Shown in pieces: positions 40,237 through 48,440 of a stretch of DNA of 64,000 nt. The notes under the pieces are model-generated. The model did not search any database, was not told where the DNA came from, and saw only the letters and a program-made list of their open reading frames with translations. The stretch is from an uncultured Polyangiales bacterium. Lineage in GTDB: Bacteria; Myxococcota_A; Polyangia; Polyangiales; JADJMO01. The number at the start of each line of letters is the position of its first letter. Positions within the stretch are counted from its first letter, which is position 1. The translations under genes were made by a program, and so were the position numbers. Where the stretch lies: positions 13,348 to 77,347 of the forward strand of contig CAZUZY010000002.1 of assembly GCA_964624885.1 (NCBI GenBank), given 5' to 3'.

Positions 40237-43200
40237 GGCGCGGCGGCCTCGCTCTCCAGCGGGGGAGCCTTCGCGCCGCGGAAGAGGCGGGAGAGTCGCT
40301 CCATGTAGAGGTACACGACCGGCGTCGTGTAGAGCGTGAGCACCTGCGAGATGAGGAGCCCCCCGACGATGGTGATGCCGAGCGGGCGACGCAGCTCGGC
40401 GCCCGTGCCCGTCTCGATGGCCAGCGGTAGGCCGCCGAGCAGCGCGGCCATGGTGGTCATCATGATCGGCCGGAACCGCAGGAGGCACGCCTTGTGGATC
40501 GCCTCCTCGGGGGTGAGGCCCTGCTCGCGCTCCGCCTCCAGCGCGAAGTCGATCATCATGATGGCGTTCTTCTTCACGATGCCGATGAGCAGCACGATGC
40601 CGATGAGCGCGATGATGGTGAACTCCACCCGGCACACGAGCAGCGCGAGGAACGCGCCCACGCCCGCGGAGGGCAGCGTCGAGAGGATGGTGACGGGGTG
40701 GATGTAGCTCTCGTAGAGCACACCGAGCACGATGTAGACGGTGAGCAGGGCGGCCAGGATCAAGAGGGGCTCGCTGGCCAGCGAGGCGCGGAACGCCTGG
40801 GCGGTGCCCTGGAAGTCGGCGTGGATCCCGGGCGGCAGCTCGAGGCGCACCGAGGTCCGGCGGATGGCCTCGACCGCGTCGCCGAGGGAGACCCCGGGCG
40901 CCGTGTCGAACGACAGCGTGACCACCGGGAACTGGCCCTGGTGGGTGATGGCGACCGGCGCCGAGGTCTCCTCGAACTTGGCGAACGACGAGAGCGGGAT
41001 GCTGGCGCCCCCCGTGGCCTTCACGAAGACCTGCGCCAGCGCCGACGGGCTGTCCTGGTACTCGGGCTTCACCTCGAGGATCACGCGGTACTGGTTGAGC
41101 TGGGTGAAGATGGTGGAGATCTGCCGCTGACCGAACGCGTCGTAGAGGACGTCGTCGATCTGCTGCGGCGACACGCCGAGGCGCGACGCGGTGTCGCGGT
41201 CGATGACCACGGTGACCTTGCGGCCAAGAGCCCCTTGATCGCTCGCCACGTTGCGCAGCTCCGGGAGCTTGCGCAGCTCCTCGAGGAGCCGCGGCGCCCA
41301 GACGCGGAGCTCCTCGGGGTCGGCGTCCTCGAGCGTGTACTGGTACTGGGTGCGCGACGCCCGGCTCTCGATGGTGAGGTCCTGCACCGGCTGCAGGTAG
41401 ACCGCGAGGCCAGCGACCCCGGCGAGCTTCGGCTCGAGGCGCGCGAGGATGGCGGCGATGTCGCTCGAGCGCTCCTCGCGGGGCTTGAGCGAGATCGAGA
41501 AGCGGCCGCTGTTGCTGGTGGCGTTCTGGCCGTCGGCGCCGATGAACGACGAGACACTGACCACGTCTGGGTCCTTGCGCAGCACGTCCGCGGCCGCGCG
41601 CTGCAGGTCGATCATGCGGGTGAAGGAGACGTCGGGCGCTGCCTCGGTGACGCCGAGGATCAGGCCGGTGTCCTGCTGGGGGAAGAACCCCTTGGGGACG
41701 AGGACGGCGAGCCAGGCCGTGAGGACGACGGTGCCGATGGTGAGCAGCAGGGTGAACAGCTGGTGACGCAGCACCCACCGCACACCGACGTCGTAGCCGG
41801 CGATGATCCGCTCCCACACGCGCTCGCTCCACTGGTAGAGGCGGCCCTCCTTGCGCTCCTCCCGGAGGAGGTGGGCGCACATCATGGGCGTCAGGGTGAG
41901 TGACAGCACCGCCGAGACGGCGATGGCCGCGGCGAGGGTGACCGCGAACTCGCGGAACAGGCGCCCGATGAGCCCCTGCATGAAGAGGAGCGGGATGAGC
42001 ACCGCGATCAGCGACACGGTGAGCGAGACGATCGTGAAGCCAATCTGCTTCGCGCCCGCGAGCGCGGCCTCGAACGGCGACTCGCCCTCCTCGATGTAGC
42101 GGGCGATGTTCTCGATCATCACGATGGCGTCGTCGACGACGAAGCCGGTCGAGATGGTGAGCGCCATCAGCGAGAGGTTGTTCAGCGAGTACCCGAGGAA
42201 GTACATCACGCCGAACGTGCCCACGAGCGAGAGCGGGACCGCGAGCGCCGGGATCAGCGTGGCGCGCCAGTTGCGCAGGAACACGAAGATCACCATGACG
42301 ACGAGGCCGATGGTGAGCACCAGCGTGAACTGCACGTCGCGCACCGAGGCCCGCACGGTCTCGGTGCGGTCGGTGAGGATCTCGACCTTCATGCCTTGCG
42401 GCAGCGAGGAGGAGAGCTGAGGCAGCAGCGCCTTCACCCGATCGGCGACCTGGATGATGTTGGCGCCGGGCTGGCGCTGGACGTTGAGGATGACGGCGCG
42501 GTGGTCGCCGGCCCACCCGGCGAGCTGGGTGTTCTCCACGCCGTCGGTCACCTTGGCCACCGCGCGGAGCCGGATCGGCGCGCCGTTGCGGTAGGCGAGG
42601 ATGATCGGCTCGAACTGCTTGGCCTCGGTGAGCTGATCGTCGGTCTGCAGGGTGAAGTCCTGCCGCGGGCCGTCGATGTTGCCCTTGGGCTGGTTCACGT
42701 TGGCGGCGACGACGGCGAGGCGGACGTCCTCCATGGTGAGCGAGGCGCCCGCGAGCGCGGCCGGGTCGACCTGCACGCGCACCGCGGGCTTCTGGCCGCC
42801 GCCGAGCGTGACGAGGCCCACGCCCGACACCTGCGAGATCTTCTGCGCCAGGATCGAGTCGGCGTAGTCGTCCACCTTCTCGAGCGGCAGCGTGTCGGAC
42901 GAGATCGAGAGGGTGAGGATCGGCGCGTCGGCGGGGTTGCTCTTGCTGTAGACCGGCGGGGCCGGCAGCGTGCGCGGCAGGAGGTTGCTCGCGGCGTTGA
43001 TGGCCGCCTGCACGTCCTGCTCGGCGGCGTCGATGCTCCGATCCAGGTTGAACTGCAGGGTCACCTGCGACCACCCGAAGCTCGAGACCGAGGTCATCTG
43101 CGTGAGCGCCGGGATCTGCCCGAACTGTCGCTCGAGGGGCGTGGTGACCGCCGACGCCATCGTCTCGGACGAGGCGCCGGGCAGGTACGTCGAGATGACG

Positions 43201-43334
43201 ATGGTCGGGTAGTCGACCTGCGGGAGCGCCGAGACCGCGAGCTCCCGATAGGCGACCAGGCCCGCGAGCAGGAGTCCGATCATCAGCAGCGTCGTCGCCA
43301 CCGGCCGGCGGATGAACGGCGCCGAGATGCTCAC
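40233..43334 (-). CDS. mdtB: Multidrug efflux RND transporter permease, MdtB-like
   Basis: Track ORF of 1033 aa. MSISAPFIRRPVATTLLMIGLLLAG...LPQVDYPTI...TPLERQFGQIP...AEQDVQAAINAA aligns closely, by eye, with E. coli MdtB. Confidence 0.9.
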   Translation of the reverse strand: MSISAPFIRRPVATTLLMIGLLLAGLVAYRELAVSALPQVDYPTIVISTYLPGASSETMASAVTTPLERQFGQIPALTQMTSVSSFGWSQVTLQFNLDRSIDAAEQDVQAAINAASNLLPRTLPAPPVYSKSNPADAPILTLSISSDTLPLEKVDDYADSILAQKISQVSGVGLVTLGGGQKPAVRVQVDPAALAGASLTMEDVRLAVVAANVNQPKGNIDGPRQDFTLQTDDQLTEAKQFEPIILAYRNGAPIRLRAVAKVTDGVENTQLAGWAGDHRAVILNVQRQPGANIIQVADRVKALLPQLSSSLPQGMKVEILTDRTETVRASVRDVQFTLVLTIGLVVMVIFVFLRNWRATLIPALAVPLSLVGTFGVMYFLGYSLNNLSLMALTISTGFVVDDAIVMIENIARYIEEGESPFEAALAGAKQIGFTIVSLTVSLIAVLIPLLFMQGLIGRLFREFAVTLAAAIAVSAVLSLTLTPMMCAHLLREERKEGRLYQWSERVWERIIAGYDVGVRWVLRHQLFTLLLTIGTVVLTAWLAVLVPKGFFPQQDTGLILGVTEAAPDVSFTRMIDLQRAAADVLRKDPDVVSVSSFIGADGQNATSNSGRFSISLKPREERSSDIAAILARLEPKLAGVAGLAVYLQPVQDLTIESRASRTQYQYTLEDADPEELRVWAPRLLEELRKLPELRNVASDQGALGRKVTVVIDRDTASRLGVSPQQIDDVLYDAFGQRQISTIFTQLNQYRVILEVKPEYQDSPSALAQVFVKATGGASIPLSSFAKFEETSAPVAITHQGQFPVVTLSFDTAPGVSLGDAVEAIRRTSVRLELPPGIHADFQGTAQAFRASLASEPLLILAALLTVYIVLGVLYESYIHPVTILSTLPSAGVGAFLALLVCRVEFTIIALIGIVLLIGIVKKNAIMMIDFALEAEREQGLTPEEAIHKACLLRFRPIMMTTMAALLGGLPLAIETGTGAELRRPLGITIVGGLLISQVLTLYTTPVVYLYMERLSRLFRGAKAPPLESEAAAP

Positions 43335-44584
43335 GGATGCTTCCCGCTCGGCTTGCCCGAAGGGGCCGCCGACTTGCCCTCGGGCGCCGCGGGGCCGAAC
43401 GGGCGAGCAATCACGCGCGCGCCCGGCCGCAGCTGGCTCTGGCCGTCGACCACCACGCGGTCGCCGACCGCGAGCCCCTTGCTGACGACGACGAGGTCGC
43501 CCTGGGTCATCTCCACCTCGACCGGGACCAGCCGGACCTTGTCACCCTCCTCCACGACGTACGCGTACGCCCCCTGAGGGCCGCGCTGGACGACCGTGGC
43601 CGGGACCGCGATCGCCGCCTTCTTGGTGGTGAGGGCGAGGCGCGCCTTCACGAACTGGTTCGGCCAGAGAACGCGCTTGTCGTTGGCGAACACGGCCTTG
43701 AGCCGGATGGTCGCGGTCGTCGGGTCTATCTTGTTGTCGACGAGGAGTAGCTCCCCGTGCGCGAGGAGTTGCGCGCCGTCGCGGCTGTAGGCGTCCACCC
43801 CGAGCTTGCCCTTGGCCATGGCCGAGCTGATCCGCGGCAAGTCGTCCTCGGGCAGCGTGAAGATCACCGTGATCGGATCGAGCTGGGTGATCACGACGAT
43901 TCCACCGGGGTCGCTCGGGTGGACGACGTTCCCCACGTCCACCAGCCGGACCCCGGTGACGCCGTCGATCGGTGACTTGATGCGCGCGAAGTCGAGCTGC
44001 AGCTGGGCGTTCGCGGCGGTGGCGGCGTCACCGGCGACGACCCCCTCGTTCTTGGCGACCTCGGCGCGGGCGTCGTCGACCGCCTGTTGCGAACCGACCC
44101 CCTGCTTGAACAGGTTCTCGTTGCGGGCGAGTACCAGCCTGGCGTTGGTGAGGACCGCCTTGTCACGCAGCAGTGCTGCCGAAGCGAGCTGCGCCTGGAT
44201 GGCGAAGGGGCGCGGGTCGATCTGCACGAGCAGCTCGCCCGCCTTCACGGAGGCCCCCTCGGTGAAGAGGATCTTGTCGATGCGGCCGTCCACCTGCGGC
44301 TTCACCGTGACCGTGTTGTAGGCGGTGACGGACCCGAGGGCGTCGAGCACGACCGGTAGATCCCGGGCGGTCACGGTGATCACCGGCACCGGCACGATGC
44401 GCTCCGACGCCGACGCCGAGGGCGCGGACCCGGCGCCCGTCCCGAGCGCGCGCGACCGGACGAACAGGCCGATGCCGAGCACGGCGCCGAGGGCCAGCAC
44501 GGTGAGCACGACGCGGCGGAGAGGGGACGAGGGTGGCAAGGTGCACGGCGATGTTGGCACGGCAGGTCGCGCACGCGGCTTCAC
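43331..44584 (-). CDS. mdtA: Efflux RND transporter periplasmic adaptor (membrane fusion protein), MdtA-like
   Basis: Lies in the frame of track ORF 43331..44710. The start is uncertain (GTG 44584 or GTG 44560; ATG 44710 would overlap the divergent regulator gene). Motif VKPQVDGRIDKILFTEGASVKAGELLVQIDPRPF. The stop overlaps the mdtB ATG (ATGA). Confidence 0.8.
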   Translation of the reverse strand: MKPRARPAVPTSPCTLPPSSPLRRVVLTVLALGAVLGIGLFVRSRALGTGAGSAPSASASERIVPVPVITVTARDLPVVLDALGSVTAYNTVTVKPQVDGRIDKILFTEGASVKAGELLVQIDPRPFAIQAQLASAALLRDKAVLTNARLVLARNENLFKQGVGSQQAVDDARAEVAKNEGVVAGDAATAANAQLQLDFARIKSPIDGVTGVRLVDVGNVVHPSDPGGIVVITQLDPITVIFTLPEDDLPRISSAMAKGKLGVDAYSRDGAQLLAHGELLLVDNKIDPTTATIRLKAVFANDKRVLWPNQFVKARLALTTKKAAIAVPATVVQRGPQGAYAYVVEEGDKVRLVPVEVEMTQGDLVVVSKGLAVGDRVVVDGQSQLRPGARVIARPFGPAAPEGKSAAPSGKPSGKHP

Positions 44585-44626
44585 TTCACATTCCCTCACA
44601 CGCGCACGCGCTATCCTCGTGCCTCG

Positions 44627-45328
44627 ATGACCTCGGTGACGATCCGCGTGCTGCTGGTCGAGGACGACGCTCGTCTCGCGCGACTCACCGCCAAGTACCT
44701 GGAGTCGCATGGTCTCCTGGTGTTCGTGGTGGGCGACGGGCAGGAGGCACTGGCGCAGGCGGTCCTGTCGCGACCCGACGTGGTGTTGCTCGACCTCATG
44801 CTGCCCGGTCTCGACGGGTTCGCGGTCTGCCGCCAGCTCCGCGAGCGGCTCGACGTCCCCATCCTGATGGTGACGGCGCGTGGCGAGGAGGCCGAGCGGG
44901 TGGTCGGCCTCGAGGGCGGCGCCGACGACTACCTCGTGAAGCCCGTCTCGTCACGCGAGCTCCTGGCGCGTATCCGGGCGCACGTGCGGCGGGCGCGCGG
45001 CGAGCTCGTGCGGAGCGAGGAGCGCATCGAGGTGGGGCCCCTCCGTGTGGAGCCGAAGACCCTCCGGGCGACCCTCGAGGACCGCGAGCTCGCCCTCACC
45101 ACGTACGAGTTCGCGCTGCTGCGCGCGCTCGCCGAGCGCGCCGGGCGGGTGCTGTCTCGCGAGCAGCTGATCGAGCTGGTGCGGGGGAGCGCGGACCAGG
45201 CCTTCGACCGCTCGATCGACGTTCACGTCTCCCACCTCCGGGCGAAGCTCGGCGACGACCCGCGGAGCCCGCGGATCCTCAAGACCATCCGGGGGCTCGG
45301 CTACATGCTCGCGCTCGAGAAGGCCTGA
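44627..45328 (+). CDS. OmpR/PhoB-family response regulator (BaeR-like context)
   Basis: Track ORF of 233 aa. Receiver domain RVLLVEDD...VVLLDLMLPGLDG...ADDYLVKP. Winged-helix C-terminus LKTIRGLGYML. Confidence 0.9.
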   Translation: MTSVTIRVLLVEDDARLARLTAKYLESHGLLVFVVGDGQEALAQAVLSRPDVVLLDLMLPGLDGFAVCRQLRERLDVPILMVTARGEEAERVVGLEGGADDYLVKPVSSRELLARIRAHVRRARGELVRSEERIEVGPLRVEPKTLRATLEDRELALTTYEFALLRALAERAGRVLSREQLIELVRGSADQAFDRSIDVHVSHLRAKLGDDPRSPRILKTIRGLGYMLALEKA

Positions 45329-45329
45329 G

Positions 45330-46589
45330 ATGCGCCTGGCCTGGCAGATCTACCTGGTCGGTGTGGTGATCGCCGTCGTGGTGCTCGGCTCGTTCATCAC
45401 GGTCGCGCGCGCGCTCGGGCCGACCGTGCGACCCGCCACGCCCCCGCTCGTCACCGAGATCCTCTCGGCGGTGGAGCGGCGTGAAGATCTGCCCGCCGCG
45501 GTCGATCGTCTCCGCACCACCTACAACCTCGCGATCAGCGTCCGCGACAAGTCGGGCGCGCTGATCGCCGGCGAACCCAGCGTGCCGAAGAGCGTGCGTA
45601 CCGTGACCCAGCCCATCCGGACCGGCCCGGCGGCGGGGGCGCTCGTGACCGTCTCCTACCCGGCGCCGCCCACGTTCACCGCGCGCCTCTGGATCACGCT
45701 GGCCATGGTGCTGGTGTTCCTGGTGTTCGGAACCCTGGGTGTCGCGCGCTGGCTCGACCGTCCGCTCGCGGCCATCGCCGGCGCGGCGCGGGCGTTCGGC
45801 TCGGGCGAGCTCTCGGCGCGCGTGAAGCTCGCGCGCAAGGACGAGCTCGGCCAGGTGGCCCAGGCCTTCGACGAGATGGCCGACCGGGTGGAGCAGCTGC
45901 TGCGCACCGAGCGGGAGCTCCTCGCCAACGTCTCGCACGAGCTCCGCACCCCCCTCGCGCGCATCCGCACCGCGCTCGACATCGCCACCGAGGGCGATCC
46001 CGCCACCGCCCAGGCGATGCTGGGCGAGATCGACGAGGACCTCGGCGAGCTGCAGCGGCTGGTCGAGGACGTGCTCACCACGGCGCGCCTCGACCTCGAG
46101 GCGCGGAGGGCCGGCGAGGCCCTGCCCCCGTTGCGGGTGGCGCGCACCTCGGTCGCCGAGCTGGTGGAGCAGTCGGTCACGCGCCTCGCGACGGCGCACC
46201 CCGACGCCCGCGTCGAAGTCGACCTCGAGAGCGATCTCCCGACGCTCCAGGTCGACGGCATGCTCGTCCGGCGCGTGATCGGCAACCTCCTCGAGAACGC
46301 GCGCCGCTACGGGCCGGCGACCGGCCCCATCGAGCTGCGCGCACGAGCCCGAGCCGGCAAGGTGCGCCTCGAGATCGAAGACCACGGGATGGGGATGACG
46401 GCCGAGGACGGAGACAGAGCGTTCACGCCGTTCTTCCGCGCGGAGGCGTCACGCACGCGCGCGAAGGGTGGGCTCGGCCTCGGGCTCACCCTGGCCAAGC
46501 GCATCGTCGAGGCGCACGGGGGGAGCATCGGTCTGACGAGCGAGCTCGGCGTCGGGACCACGGTGTTCGTCGAGCTGCCCACCGGCTAG
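45330..46589 (+). CDS. Sensor histidine kinase (HAMP-HisKA-HATPase; BaeS-like context)
   Basis: Track ORF of 419 aa. Two TM segments, H-box SHELRTPLA, N-box NLLENARRYG, G-box GGLGLGLTLAKRIVEAHGG. It starts 2 nt after the regulator stop. Confidence 0.9.
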   Translation: MRLAWQIYLVGVVIAVVVLGSFITVARALGPTVRPATPPLVTEILSAVERREDLPAAVDRLRTTYNLAISVRDKSGALIAGEPSVPKSVRTVTQPIRTGPAAGALVTVSYPAPPTFTARLWITLAMVLVFLVFGTLGVARWLDRPLAAIAGAARAFGSGELSARVKLARKDELGQVAQAFDEMADRVEQLLRTERELLANVSHELRTPLARIRTALDIATEGDPATAQAMLGEIDEDLGELQRLVEDVLTTARLDLEARRAGEALPPLRVARTSVAELVEQSVTRLATAHPDARVEVDLESDLPTLQVDGMLVRRVIGNLLENARRYGPATGPIELRARARAGKVRLEIEDHGMGMTAEDGDRAFTPFFRAEASRTRAKGGLGLGLTLAKRIVEAHGGSIGLTSELGVGTTVFVELPTG

Positions 46590-46638
46590 CCAGGCTCGAA
46601 AAGCTGCGGAAAACCCGCCTGCCTACATTGTGGTTGCG

Positions 46639-46660
46639 CGTAACTCACCAATGAGTTACG
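46639..46660. promoter_or_regulatory. Perfect AT-rich 9-bp inverted repeat upstream of lipoprotein gene 46685
   Basis: CGTAACTCA-ccaa-TGAGTTACG lies 50 nt after the kinase stop and 25 nt before ATG 46685. Confidence 0.35.
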
Positions 46661-46684
46661 AGCCCCTCGGAAGCGAGGTCGGCC

Positions 46685-48415
46685 ATGGTCAAGATCACCG
46701 TCCGGAAGACTGCTGTCGCGCTCGTCGGCGCCGCGCTCGCGCAAGGCGCCTGCGCCCCCGCGAACCACACGCAGGAAGGGTTCGAGACCGAGGTCTCGTC
46801 CCAGTCCGCCGCCTACTCGGTCCCGAGCCCGGGCGAAGCCACGCTGCGACTCGACTTCCCCTCGTACGGCCCCTCGGGCACGCCGCTGAAGCAGTTCGTC
46901 GTCAACGGCGGCACGAGCGACGAGTTCATCCGGGTGGGCGAGAAGCTCACGCTCGAGGTGCCGGGCTGGGCGATTCTCCCGCTCGTCCAGGACGAGGTGG
47001 GCAGCGTCACGACCGACAACCTCTCGAGCTGCTCCGCGCGCCTCGTGATCACGTGGCTCCGCGGCGCCGCCACCGTGTCCACGCAGACGGTGAAGGTCAC
47101 CTCGTGGAAGAGCGACGCCACCTACGGCTGGCCCGACGCGCGCACCGACGCGTTCGTGGTCCCGAAGGGGGTCACCGGGTTCCGCGCGGTGCTCGAGGCG
47201 ACCAGCGCCGACGGCAAGAAGACCGGTCGCGACCCGCTCGCCGAGACACCCGTGTTCGGCGGTGAGCTCCCCAACAAGCACGTGTTCTTCGACCTCGACG
47301 CCACCGGGCCGCGGAGCCGCGTGCTCGAGAAGGGCGCGCCGATCGCGGGCGCCGAGCTCGTCGTCGCCTATGCCGAGCCGCGCGCCGATCGCCTCGTCGA
47401 CACCGGCACGGTCGAGCGCCGGATCGGGCGCGTGAAGACCTACAACCCGCGCTTCGGCACCTACGAGAGCGACGTGTTCGGCGAGCTCGTGCACGTGATC
47501 GCGGTCGGCTACGACTTCGGCAAGGGCTTCGAGGAGCAGACCCTCGTCACGAGCCCGAGCTCGTACCTGCGCTACGGCAAGTCGCAGGAGACGCGCCTGC
47601 ACGTGCCCGAGGGCGCGACGAAGGCCTCGCTGTACTTCCACGTCAAGACGTACCTCGTCGCGAAGTACCCGACCTACGGCGAGGTCACCGAGCGCAAGTA
47701 CGCGGAGGGGGAGTGGATCCTCGTCCGCGAGAAGTGGGACAACCCGAGCGGCGCCGGCACCAACTTCGCCCTCGGCACCGAGCCCAAGGAGCCCCTCGAG
47801 AAGGGCTTCGCGCGCACCGTGGTGTTCATCAAGGGCGAGACGTCTCCGGGCCAGGACCTGTTCGTGCGGGGTGGAATCGACCACGACGCCTCGAAGAAGC
47901 TGCGCGGTGTCGACTGCCAGAACGACGATGGCTCGCCCAACTACCGCTGCGCGCTCCCCATCGTGCACCGCAACCTGCGCAACGCGACGACCAAGCCGTG
48001 GAAGCTCGGCGACGCGTTCCTCGACTGGTATGGTCGCGAGACCACCCAGCTCGTGCCCTCCCTGGCCGGGCTCGCGCAGGGTACCGCGGCCGACTGGACG
48101 ACCAACAGCTGGCCGAGCTCGTGGGGCGCGGCCAAGACCGTCCCCGTCGACGGCTACGGCCTCGAGAAGCTCAACACCGTCGGGCCGCACCTCTGGATGC
48201 TCGACGTGGACATGGACTGCACGCAGGCCTTCAAGGGGCTCGACGGCACGCGCTGGTTCGAGGTGAAGAGCTTCGTCTCCAACGGCCCGGGCTGGGAGGG
48301 TGACGTCGCGCAGGCCGGCACGCCGTATCCCTCGGCCAACCACTTCGCCAAGTGCGGACAGGTGAGCGTGTTCGAGCGCGGCAAGAGCACCGCGACGTTC
48401 AAGCCCTTGCCCTGA
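46685..48415 (+). CDS. Lipoprotein of unknown function (possible C-terminal carbohydrate-binding module)
   Basis: Track ORF of 576 aa. Lipobox GAALAQGAC. The C-terminal ~190 aa (VVFIKGETSPGQDLFVRGGIDHD...WFEVKSFVSNGPGWEGD) loosely resemble starch-binding-module architecture. It lies 25 nt upstream of the GH13 fusion gene. Confidence 0.6.
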   Translation: MVKITVRKTAVALVGAALAQGACAPANHTQEGFETEVSSQSAAYSVPSPGEATLRLDFPSYGPSGTPLKQFVVNGGTSDEFIRVGEKLTLEVPGWAILPLVQDEVGSVTTDNLSSCSARLVITWLRGAATVSTQTVKVTSWKSDATYGWPDARTDAFVVPKGVTGFRAVLEATSADGKKTGRDPLAETPVFGGELPNKHVFFDLDATGPRSRVLEKGAPIAGAELVVAYAEPRADRLVDTGTVERRIGRVKTYNPRFGTYESDVFGELVHVIAVGYDFGKGFEEQTLVTSPSSYLRYGKSQETRLHVPEGATKASLYFHVKTYLVAKYPTYGEVTERKYAEGEWILVREKWDNPSGAGTNFALGTEPKEPLEKGFARTVVFIKGETSPGQDLFVRGGIDHDASKKLRGVDCQNDDGSPNYRCALPIVHRNLRNATTKPWKLGDAFLDWYGRETTQLVPSLAGLAQGTAADWTTNSWPSSWGAAKTVPVDGYGLEKLNTVGPHLWMLDVDMDCTQAFKGLDGTRWFEVKSFVSNGPGWEGDVAQAGTPYPSANHFAKCGQVSVFERGKSTATFKPLP

Positions 48416-48440
48416 GGGCGCGTCGCGACGAAGGTGAGGT

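Noticed and set aside
37171-43410. A 2079-aa ORF suggesting one giant RND protein
   Set aside because: The N-terminal ~1058 residues are an out-of-frame read-through of the MdtB-like gene and are Arg/Pro/Gly-rich. The real MdtC-like protein starts at GTG 40236, overlapping the upstream stop, and the MdtB-like protein is the separate track ORF 40233..43334.
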